This document shows, piece by piece, positions 57,357 to 64,000 of a DNA stretch of 64,000 bases. The stretch is from a phage. A program made the position numbers and the translations under genes. Under the pieces are notes generated by a model. That model was not told the origin of the DNA. It saw only the letters and a list, made by a program, of their open reading frames with translations, and ran no database searches. The stretch lies in assembly GCA_033664045.1 (NCBI GenBank), contig GCA_033664045.1_3674.1. One strand, given 5' to 3'. Positions within the stretch are counted from its first letter, which is position 1; every line of letters starts with the position of its first letter.

Positions 57357-57432
57357 CAAGAAGTAAGATTAGATATAAGATGTTTCACACAAACAGAGCG
57401 TTGATTTTTAAATAACTAAGGAGACTGCCAAG

Positions 57433-57687
57433 ATGAAAATTACTTTGAAGCCAGAATGCGTTGAAAATGACCGAGCTTTTAAAGATTGCACAGTCGGTGC
57501 AATTTATGAAGCAGAGTTTTGTGAGAACCCTCTGGTAAAAGCCCTTCTGGAAGAAGGGGCCCCTTTATCACAAGAAGAGATCGATGAGCTGGAAAACTCA
57601 GCACAGTGCCTTACCTTTAAAGATGATGAAGGAGACTCTGTCTGGTGCACTGTTAATGAAGTAGTTTTTGTAAAACCTGAACATTAA
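57433..57687 (+). CDS. small paralog family 2 protein (84 aa)
   Basis: RBS AAGGAGA; KPECVENDRAFKDCT...FKDDEGDSVWCT is paralogous to the 57751 protein. Confidence 0.5.
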   Translation: MKITLKPECVENDRAFKDCTVGAIYEAEFCENPLVKALLEEGAPLSQEEIDELENSAQCLTFKDDEGDSVWCTVNEVVFVKPEH

Positions 57688-57690
57688 TAC

Positions 57691-57719
57691 TTGACAACAG
57701 TGATAGGGCCTAATATAAT
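57691..57719 (+). promoter_or_regulatory. consensus sigma70 promoter TTGACA-N17-TATAAT with -10 inside a 9-bp inverted repeat
   Basis: Hexamers at 57691-57696 and 57714-57719; gatagggcc (57702-57710) and ggccctatc (57720-57728) flank the -10. Confidence 0.6.
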
Positions 57720-57750
57720 GGCCCTATCAAAACGAAAGGGGACCACAGCA

Positions 57751-58023
57751 ATGACCAAACAATATCAACGAATTAAAGCCAAGGTTAAGCCAGACTATCT
57801 GGAGAAGGACTCTGCTTTTCGGGACTGCACAGCTGACAAAGTTTACACAGGTGCCGTCCTGTTGAACGATGAACTTGAAGTAGATATTCTGGGTAAAGAG
57901 GCCACTATTAAGGACGACCAAGGCGATTATGTTTGCTGCACCACACGTGAGCTAGAAATCTTAGAATACTTCGGTGAAATCTTCACCTCTCTTGATGATT
58001 ACTTAGACGACGAGGAAGCGTAA
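57751..58023 (+). CDS. small paralog family 2 protein (90 aa)
   Basis: Track ORF (TTG at 57691) trimmed to Met21, downstream of the promoter; KPDYLEKDSAFRDCT...IKDDQGDYVCCT. Confidence 0.5.
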   Translation: MTKQYQRIKAKVKPDYLEKDSAFRDCTADKVYTGAVLLNDELEVDILGKEATIKDDQGDYVCCTTRELEILEYFGEIFTSLDDYLDDEEA

Positions 58024-58412
58024 TGAAAAATATTTGGGATATTGATATCTTTGAAGCCTCTAAGCTTGACGGTGCTGATGGAGTGATTATGGTGTCTGAT
58101 GGCAAGGCAACACTAACTTCCGGAGATATCATCTATGCCTTGGACGAGCTGGCGCTTCTGAAGTCTACCGGTAACACTCTAGAGGAGCGTCTTCAAGGCT
58201 TCGCCTTCAAAGAAGGCACAAATACCGCCATGATGTGCACCACACGGACAGTTCAGGTGGGTAACGGTGTCTATATGATTATTGCTGTGTGTCCTAAATT
58301 CAGCAACGTCAACAAAGATGATGCTGACGCGGTAAACGATGTGGTTGTTCTCTTCGTGGGTGACGCTATGGCAGATCTGATGAATGCAGGAGAAGCAGCA
58401 AATGAAGACTGA
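58023..58412 (+). CDS. hypothetical protein (129 aa)
   Basis: TAATG-coupled; RBS GAGGAAG. Confidence 0.45.
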   Translation: MKNIWDIDIFEASKLDGADGVIMVSDGKATLTSGDIIYALDELALLKSTGNTLEERLQGFAFKEGTNTAMMCTTRTVQVGNGVYMIIAVCPKFSNVNKDDADAVNDVVVLFVGDAMADLMNAGEAANED

Positions 58413-58704
58413 AAACATCACCCCAGCAGGGTTCTTAAAAGTATACCGTGAACTGCTATATACTACAGAGGACAGTGTTCTGGAGTATCCAGAATATCTT
58501 TTGCTGTATAAGTATCTACAGGAGGCTGGTGAAAATCTGCCAGTTAATGCAGAAGGCGGTCCGAACTGGGTATACAGCGCATGGAGAAAGGTTGACATTC
58601 TCCCAGATCCAGGTAAAGATATGGTAGTTTGGCAGCTTATCAACAACATCGGGATTCCAATCTTCGATGAGGCTGTTAAAATCTATTTTGAACTTGACGA
58701 TTAA
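58402..58704 (+). CDS. hypothetical protein (100 aa)
   Basis: Track ORF trimmed to Met7, which has AGGAGAAG upstream; overlaps the upstream gene by 11 nt. Confidence 0.4.
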   Translation: MKTENITPAGFLKVYRELLYTTEDSVLEYPEYLLLYKYLQEAGENLPVNAEGGPNWVYSAWRKVDILPDPGKDMVVWQLINNIGIPIFDEAVKIYFELDD

Positions 58705-58721
58705 TATCAGGAGACCTTAAG

Positions 58722-58967
58722 ATGACTGAAGTAGTTGCTCGCGCAGGACAGAAAGTACGTTGTGTTGAAGTAGGTTTTGGTGGCAAAGGGTGTCAAAACT
58801 TGACTCAAGGTAAGGAATACGCTGTTATCTCTGGTGGTGGCGACGAAAGTATTGTGTTCGAGGGCCACATCCTGGATGCTGAAAACTTTGAAATCTTTGA
58901 CGACGATGGGGATCCGATCACCTGCCTGCTGGACGGGAATTGGGGAACTTTCGAAGTGATTGGCTAA
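58722..58967 (+). CDS. small Gly-rich protein (81 aa)
   Basis: RBS CAGGAGA. Confidence 0.45.
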   Translation: MTEVVARAGQKVRCVEVGFGGKGCQNLTQGKEYAVISGGGDESIVFEGHILDAENFEIFDDDGDPITCLLDGNWGTFEVIG

Positions 58968-58977
58968 CAAATACCTA

Positions 58978-59006
58978 TTGTAATTTACAGAAGGGGATGC
59001 TAAAAT
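58978..59006 (+). promoter_or_regulatory. promoter TTGTAA-N17-TAAAAT with extended -10 TG
   Basis: Hexamers at 58978-58983 and 59001-59006; same class as the promoter at 629. Confidence 0.45.
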
Positions 59007-59050
59007 AGTGTCTCCTTCTATGTTGTTCAAATAAAATCGGAGATTCCATA

Positions 59051-59416
59051 ATGGAACAAATGAACGATCAAGCGTCGGTTGCGATGAACGAGCAAGAACA
59101 ACCTCAAGAATTTTTCTTAGGGTTAAGTAAAGATCAAGTGTCTCTTCTGCTAGTGCTTTCTTCTTTCATGGGAAGACTTCAGGAGCTCACACAACAGCCA
59201 GAGGCTGAACAATTATTCCAAGCTTTGCGTGAAGAAGAAAAATATCGTCGTTTGGACTATGCCTTAGGTTGGGTAGCTCAACAACGAGATATGCTAATGG
59301 CCCTCTCTGGGACTACAAGTTTTGCAATGGGCCTGTTGGCTCAAGTTCAGGACAAATTAATTCAAGCAGGGTTTGCACACACGGCAAACACTAACGAAGA
59401 ACAAGGAGATAAATAA
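59051..59416 (+). CDS. hypothetical protein (121 aa)
   Basis: RBS GGAGA. Confidence 0.45.
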   Translation: MEQMNDQASVAMNEQEQPQEFFLGLSKDQVSLLLVLSSFMGRLQELTQQPEAEQLFQALREEEKYRRLDYALGWVAQQRDMLMALSGTTSFAMGLLAQVQDKLIQAGFAHTANTNEEQGDK

Positions 59417-60642
59417 TGAGCGTTATTCAACAATTCGCTAACCCAATGAATCCGCGTGAAACTGTTTTACTGGCTCACGGCATGATTAAACGTGTTAGCA
59501 TCAAGCCTATCAAAGGTGCTGATCCTACAACAGGTATTAAAACCACTGTGTGGCAAGGTAAGAAAATTGAATCCAGCCACACCATCTCTTTACTGATTTC
59601 TGAACTGGATTCCTCTGATAACCTGCTTCAAGGTGGTGAAGAAGTCTGGATCAGCATGGGTGATAAGCTGCTTAAACCAGGTCATCAAGACTCTGTCTCT
59701 GTTAAGATTGATGACAAGTGGGAAACCGTAACGCCAGGATGGATCGTAAATATCCCTTTGAAGGCAAACGAGCATAACGGTAAGACCTATTACAAGGGCT
59801 CACTGGCTAAGATGGTTAAGCTGGGTGCAGGAGAGGCTCCAGCAGCGACTCAGCAGCAAAAACAGCAACAAGGTGCACAATCACAAGGCCAGAAGCAGAA
59901 ACCTCAGCAGAATGCCAATCAGGACGTTTTACGCATCTATGGTGATGTGACTCAGATTGTTGGCAACGTGGTTACTGTTAATGACCACAAGATTGGCGAA
60001 GGTGCTATGGTTGTAACTGATGAGCAGCTTAAAGACCTGGTGGTAGGTGGTCGTGTTGCAGCCATTGTTGACAAAGACACCGGAAACATTATCAGTGGTT
60101 TCAAGGCCTATCCCCCTAAGGCAGAGAACGGCACTCAAGGCTCTGGTGGCAAGCGTAAATCCTCTTACGACCCTATCGGTGTGGAAACGGGGCATAGCAT
60201 CAATGCGTTGCAGATCATCCTGGATCGCGGGTTTAAGGTAGACGACCCGCTGGGCGTGGCTAAAACACTGCACGTAGTCACCATTGAGCTTAAGAAAGAG
60301 TATGCTCAAGCCACCAACCGAACTGAAGATGAAGTAGGTGCCAGTGTCGGTAATGCGGTGTTGAACGCTTGTCGCCGTATTGACAAGAAAACGAAAGTTG
60401 ATGATTTTGCAGCGGCAATTACTGCAGAAGCAAAAGATGTCTTGACTAATCTGGCTGAACCGTTGTACGATTGGATCAAGAACGGTGCTGGGTCAACCGA
60501 CCATCAAGAACCTCAGGCTGCCAAACAGGAAGCAGCTCCACAGCAAAACACTGTAGACGCTCCTCCTGTAAATGATGAGGAAGATGACCCAATGGATCAG
60601 AATCCAGCACAGTACGCCTTTGATGATGACATCCCTTTTTAA
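59416..60642 (+). CDS. ssDNA-binding protein-like with Gln-rich linker and host-SSB-type C-terminal tail (DDDIPF)
   Basis: Protein ends ...AQYAFDDDIPF, identical to the E. coli SSB C-terminal hexapeptide; low-complexity QQQKQQQGAQSQGQKQKPQQ linker; RBS AAGGAGA. Confidence 0.55.
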   Translation: MSVIQQFANPMNPRETVLLAHGMIKRVSIKPIKGADPTTGIKTTVWQGKKIESSHTISLLISELDSSDNLLQGGEEVWISMGDKLLKPGHQDSVSVKIDDKWETVTPGWIVNIPLKANEHNGKTYYKGSLAKMVKLGAGEAPAATQQQKQQQGAQSQGQKQKPQQNANQDVLRIYGDVTQIVGNVVTVNDHKIGEGAMVVTDEQLKDLVVGGRVAAIVDKDTGNIISGFKAYPPKAENGTQGSGGKRKSSYDPIGVETGHSINALQIILDRGFKVDDPLGVAKTLHVVTIELKKEYAQATNRTEDEVGASVGNAVLNACRRIDKKTKVDDFAAAITAEAKDVLTNLAEPLYDWIKNGAGSTDHQEPQAAKQEAAPQQNTVDAPPVNDEEDDPMDQNPAQYAFDDDIPF

Positions 60643-60656
60643 CAATTAGTTAACAT

Positions 60657-60686
60657 AGCCCTGCCCGAAAGGGTGGGGCATTTTTG
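60657..60686 (+). terminator. rho-independent terminator with GAAA tetraloop; exact copy of the hairpin at 49850
   Basis: gccctgcccGAAAgggtggggc followed by atttttg, then an AGGAGA RBS. Confidence 0.7.
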
Positions 60687-60704
60687 TATAAGGAGATCTG
60701 AAAA

Positions 60705-61121
60705 ATGACATTAGAAGATATCATTGTTAAACCTGAGAACTATGACCAATACAACCTGTCAACTCAATCTGTAGACCTCGGATGCGCCACAGTCAGTGCA
60801 TGGCTGGTTAACGGAAAAGAGCTTGACGAGTGCCTGGAAGCACACATGTCGGTGAATAAATTTCTTGATGAAAATACCCACTGGCTAGAGGGTGCAGGAG
60901 TATATGCTTCATGGTTGGAGAGTATGGGATTCGACTACCAATCTGAAGAGGGGTGGTGGAGCTATTTAGCTATCTGCCCAGAGACGCTGCAATGCTTCAT
61001 GAAATATTCTGAAGATTTGGAGTACCGGGCGGTGGTTGATAGTGCCATTGCCCGTTATAGCCGTAAACCTTTTTCCCACGACATTAAAACTGTGGAAGAA
61101 TTTGTTGAAGTTTTCTGTTGA
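60705..61121 (+). CDS. hypothetical protein (138 aa)
   Basis: RBS AAGGAGA. Confidence 0.45.
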   Translation: MTLEDIIVKPENYDQYNLSTQSVDLGCATVSAWLVNGKELDECLEAHMSVNKFLDENTHWLEGAGVYASWLESMGFDYQSEEGWWSYLAICPETLQCFMKYSEDLEYRAVVDSAIARYSRKPFSHDIKTVEEFVEVFC

Positions 61122-61217
61122 CACAGGTTGAAAGGTGTGCAATTATAACTTCATATAACGGGAGGACGCGATGAACGAAGAAAACTGGGATGTATAACTA
61201 ACAGGAGGCCACTGCCC

Positions 61218-61415
61218 ATGATTTATCGAATCCGTGTAAGAGAAGATGCACCAGGCTGTTACTTTGACTGGCGTGGGTGGTGGTTTCTCCACCCAATGGA
61301 TGGACTCACAGATAGAATGCTGGATGCTGCCCTTTATACAGATATCGACATAGAATATAATCTCTATCTGAAGGACGGTATAGATAACGGCCTGTTTGAA
61401 GCAATTCCTGTATAA
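61218..61415 (+). CDS. hypothetical protein (65 aa)
   Basis: RBS CAGGAGG. Confidence 0.4.
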   Translation: MIYRIRVREDAPGCYFDWRGWWFLHPMDGLTDRMLDAALYTDIDIEYNLYLKDGIDNGLFEAIPV

Positions 61416-61483
61416 GAGACTGTGATAGCCATGTTTTATGATCTCCCTGTAGCACCACCCCCTGTTGAACCCGGAGAACTAAG

Positions 61484-61909
61484 ATGATCTATGAAATGCC
61501 AAAACTGATTCGCGACGATGCCCAAAACGCTCACACCATTATTATGGGCAAGCGCATGGATATTATTTGTCATAAAGATTTCTGGGAAGGGAGTTACTTC
61601 ACAGAATATTTTGGTAAACTGGATAATGGTCTGCTGATCCAGTTCTACACCGATGCGGAAAACAACATTCACTGGGAGTTCGAAACTGAAGATATCCATA
61701 AACTTTTCACCTTCCTAGGTATTAAGGTTGAGGCCAAGTTCGAAGAAGGTGAGTGCGACGATTGTGGATTCTACGAGGTAACAGATTTCTATCTCCCAAG
61801 TGGTGAGAACCTTTACTATGAAAGCCACTTCGGCAACTCAAATATGCCACAAGGTTGGGATGAGTTTTTTGAAATTGCGGAAGAGGAGCTGGCATACCGT
61901 GATTATTGA
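61484..61909 (+). CDS. hypothetical acidic protein (141 aa)
   Basis: RBS GGAGAA. Confidence 0.45.
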   Translation: MIYEMPKLIRDDAQNAHTIIMGKRMDIICHKDFWEGSYFTEYFGKLDNGLLIQFYTDAENNIHWEFETEDIHKLFTFLGIKVEAKFEEGECDDCGFYEVTDFYLPSGENLYYESHFGNSNMPQGWDEFFEIAEEELAYRDY

Positions 61910-62357
61910 TACTGTAGAGGGAGATCTAATCTCCATTTTCAAGAAAGGGTCAGGCCACATGATCCACGGTTGTAACTGCTTTCACACAATGGGTGCAGGT
62001 ATAGCGAAAGATATTGCCCGTGAGTTCCCTCAAGCACTGGCAGCCGACAAAGAGACTGCCTATGGTAATCTAGACAAGCTGGGTATGTTTTCTTGTTGGG
62101 AGCATTTTGCCAAGAACAGGGTTGTATATGGGATCAACCTGTATACCCAGTTCTACCCAGGGCCCAATGCTGAATACTTCTCAATCATGAAAGGTTTTGA
62201 GCGAGTCAACGAGGTATTCAAAGGTGTGTCATTGCCGTTCTACATCCCTAAGATCGGGTGCGGCATAGGCGGTTTGAAGTGGGAGCACGTGGAAGATGTC
62301 ATTAATCTTGCAACCACGGATATTGATGTGGTTGTAGTAGAGTACAAAAAGTGTTGA
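61899..62357 (+). CDS. macro-domain-like protein (possible ADP-ribose binding/hydrolase)
   Basis: GTG start after GAGGAG, overlapping the upstream gene by 11 nt; GDLISI...HMIHGCNCFHTMGAGIAKDI and FYIPKIGCGIGGL resemble the macro-domain pattern. Confidence 0.5.
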   Translation: MIIDTVEGDLISIFKKGSGHMIHGCNCFHTMGAGIAKDIAREFPQALAADKETAYGNLDKLGMFSCWEHFAKNRVVYGINLYTQFYPGPNAEYFSIMKGFERVNEVFKGVSLPFYIPKIGCGIGGLKWEHVEDVINLATTDIDVVVVEYKKC

Positions 62358-62382
62358 CGACCATCTTCTGAGGTGATATATT
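62354..62382 (+). promoter_or_regulatory. promoter TTGACG-N17-TATATT with TGn
   Basis: The -35 overlaps the stop of the macro gene; RBS AGGAGA and GTG at 62412 follow. Confidence 0.45.
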
Positions 62383-62411
62383 CTCCACAACGACTAAGAG
62401 AGGAGAGCGCT

Positions 62412-62582
62412 GTGGAGACTAAAATCTTAATTCTTGCTGTGGTAGATACAACCGAAGGAGCTATATTCGAATCTGCAGGAGGGTATTTCTATCTACCATA
62501 CGGAAAAAGAACTTCCGAGCCAAGTAAAGATTCAATCCTCAAAGTGTTCCCGTGTGCTTTCTGGCTGGAGATTTTGGTATAA
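62412..62582 (+). CDS. small hypothetical protein (56 aa)
   Basis: Track ORF trimmed to the GTG at 62412, downstream of the promoter. Confidence 0.3.
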   Translation: METKILILAVVDTTEGAIFESAGGYFYLPYGKRTSEPSKDSILKVFPCAFWLEILV

Positions 62583-62608
62583 GATTGCATAGGATTTGAG
62601 AGAGAATT

Positions 62609-62803
62609 ATGAGAAACAAGAGAGAGCTTTACTCTGGAGAGTGGATAAACGATCAACAGGTTGGAGAGGTAACCTGCTTCCGGTGTTTTACTCGGTACAA
62701 TCTTAAAACTGCACCAAAAAGTGTTCCAAAGACTGATGGTTATTACATAAAAGAACCTCATTGCCCAAAATGTAAATGCCGATTATACTGGAGTAACCTG
62801 TAA
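62609..62803 (+). CDS. zinc-ribbon protein (64 aa)
   Basis: CFRC...CPKCKC Cys pairs. Confidence 0.4.
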   Translation: MRNKRELYSGEWINDQQVGEVTCFRCFTRYNLKTAPKSVPKTDGYYIKEPHCPKCKCRLYWSNL

Positions 62804-62807
62804 AAGA

Positions 62808-62835
62808 TTGACATCTTAAAACTACAGTGTATAAT
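62808..62835 (+). promoter_or_regulatory. near-consensus sigma70 promoter TTGACA-N16-TATAAT
   Basis: Hexamers at 62808-62813 and 62830-62835, about 30 nt upstream of the ATG at 62867. Confidence 0.55.
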
Positions 62836-62866
62836 ATACGCACAGACTAACAGAGAGCGACGTATT

Positions 62867-63058
62867 ATGGTAATTTTTAACCGGGATGGCATCATAGTTA
62901 GACAGCACCCCTTCCTTGAATACTATCAAATTGAGCAATGGTGCTACGGAGATTGCAGTCACTCCTATGGGCAAAGTTGGGGATATCGCACAGTTTTTGA
63001 ATCAACAGACCTTGACAAAGTAAGACAGAAAGTTTTAGAACTTATTAACAACAAGTGA
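62867..63058 (+). CDS. hypothetical protein (63 aa)
   Basis: ORF downstream of the promoter. Confidence 0.4.
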   Translation: MVIFNRDGIIVRQHPFLEYYQIEQWCYGDCSHSYGQSWGYRTVFESTDLDKVRQKVLELINNK

Positions 63059-63067
63059 GTATGACAT

Positions 63068-63400
63068 ATGGTAACATTAGAAAGACGTAAAGCTATCGCC
63101 GCAACACTGGCAGACATCTTTTGGGATTGCAACTTAAAAGATACCCGAAATTGTGGCGCATCTGTAGATGTATTATTCCCACGGCCCACCATTGTTGCAA
63201 TGGGAAACCTGTTAAACGTAGTGTACGGAGCATGGGACAAAGAAGGTGGATTCTATATCTGGCAACCTGACTACGGAGCCTGGAAAGAGGTAAGGGGTGC
63301 GGATGACTTTGGGCCTACAGTTGCTAAGATGGACGGCTGGGAAATTTATGTTGGAAACGACATGAAGCTGAAAGGCGAGATTGTTTACTGGCTACCTTAA
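63068..63400 (+). CDS. hypothetical protein (110 aa)
   Basis: ORF 9 nt after the upstream stop. Confidence 0.45.
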   Translation: MVTLERRKAIAATLADIFWDCNLKDTRNCGASVDVLFPRPTIVAMGNLLNVVYGAWDKEGGFYIWQPDYGAWKEVRGADDFGPTVAKMDGWEIYVGNDMKLKGEIVYWLP

Positions 63401-63409
63401 GGGTAAAGT

Positions 63410-63655
63410 ATGAACACAGAGTGGACATCTGTAGACGGCGTTAAAAACATGCCTCTTGGAAAGTATATCGTAGCCATGGCTGATGAGGATGGCAATGTAG
63501 ATTTCGGAGCTTGCGAGGTTATTCTTGCAGGATCTGGTAACTATGTAGACAAAACCGGGATAATTAACGGTCAGTTCTACTTTGATCACAACCCTGTTGT
63601 AGCGTATATGGCTATGCCAGAGTTTAAGTTCCCAAAGGAGGGTGCTGATGTTTAA
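63410..63655 (+). CDS. hypothetical protein (81 aa)
   Basis: ORF with AAGGG upstream. Confidence 0.4.
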   Translation: MNTEWTSVDGVKNMPLGKYIVAMADEDGNVDFGACEVILAGSGNYVDKTGIINGQFYFDHNPVVAYMAMPEFKFPKEGADV

Positions 63656-63845
63656 GCTTAAATCCGCATGGAACATTGCTGTAGGTGACGAGATCCGTAT
63701 CCCCGGTGGGAAGACCATTATGAAGATATCTCGTATTGAGTACGAAGGTGACCGTGTATTCCACATCTTCGCAGAAGATGGTCGAGAAATTTATATACAG
63801 GCAGGTTCTCACATTTATATCCGTAAGAAAGGGGACGACAAATGA
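63648..63845 (+). CDS. hypothetical protein (65 aa)
   Basis: Track GTG start trimmed to the ATG at 63648, which has AAGGAGGG upstream. Confidence 0.4.
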   Translation: MFKLKSAWNIAVGDEIRIPGGKTIMKISRIEYEGDRVFHIFAEDGREIYIQAGSHIYIRKKGDDK

Positions 63846-64000
63846 CAGAGATCATCATTTCAACTGCAGGGTATGTGTTCCTGACAATCATTGCACTGAC
63901 TATTTTGGTGACAGTGTATGGGTTTGTTATCCTTCCTATCCTTGAGACATTTAGTTTGTGTCGGTGTTGGAGAAAAGCTTACGGTCCACAACCATGGAAG
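63842..64000 (+). CDS. small hydrophobic membrane protein, N-terminal fragment (3' end outside the window)
   Basis: ATGA-coupled start; translation MTEIIISTAGYVFLTIIALTILVTVYGFVILPILETF... is helix-like; not in the ORF track because no stop falls inside the window. Confidence 0.4.
   Translation, partial: MTEIIISTAGYVFLTIIALTILVTVYGFVILPILETFSLCRCWRKAYGPQPWK

Noticed and set aside
57691-57750. Track's TTG start at 57691 for the family-2 paralog, and the GTG at 49866 for the methyltransferase-like gene
   Set aside because: Those starts fall inside a consensus promoter and a terminator hairpin respectively; downstream starts with proper RBS spacing fit better.
61122-61217. Promoter in the 96-nt gap upstream of 61218 (TTGAAA ... 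TATAAC candidates)
   Set aside because: Several alternative hexamer pairings with non-canonical spacing; too ambiguous to call without TSS data.
63736-63945. Track ORF 63736-63945 (69 aa)
   Set aside because: It overlaps two better-supported ORFs out of frame; the ATGA-coupled hydrophobic ORF starting at 63842 is preferred.
1-64000. CRISPR array, tRNA or rRNA genes
   Set aside because: No regularly spaced direct repeats were seen, and the intergenic regions are short and fully accounted for by promoters, terminators and RBSs; no cloverleaf-like segment was apparent by eye. A tRNAscan run would be needed for certainty.

Overview
This window is a 64-kb segment of a large, apparently virulent tailed-phage (Caudoviricetes) genome with Gram-negative-style signals (sigma70-like promoters, Shine-Dalgarno sites, an SSB-type DDDIPF tail, rII-like genes). 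It has three transcriptional blocks. (1) Plus strand, 1-32182: a late tail, baseplate and tail-fiber module with at least six fiber or spike genes, one carrying a C-terminal S74 intramolecular-chaperone domain, a Tfa-like chaperone, a J-like giant fiber and an 1875-aa Ig-domain protein. (2) Minus strand, 32229-38926: thirteen tightly packed, translationally coupled small genes read from a divergent early promoter region at about 38950-39030, including a HAD phosphatase, Cys-rich proteins and a vWA/zincin protein. (3) Plus strand, 39069-64000: an early and replication module with a MoxR-like AAA+ ATPase, a SleB-like secreted hydrolase, an rIIA/rIIB-like pair, a Dda-like helicase, a compact C5-methyltransferase-like gene overlapped by an HNH-AP2 endonuclease, a primase-helicase, a family A DNA polymerase, an SSB-like protein, a macro-domain protein and many small ORFs in paralogous arrays. 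I found no rRNA, tRNA, CRISPR array, integrase or repressor. I did not find one clearly novel system; the strongest candidates are the split MoxR/vWA-zincin pair, the methyltransferase-endonuclease overlap, the SSB-tail protein and the small-paralog arrays. All domain calls are motif recognition by eye on the supplied translations; no database search or computation was run, and regulatory coordinates may be off by 1-2 nt.
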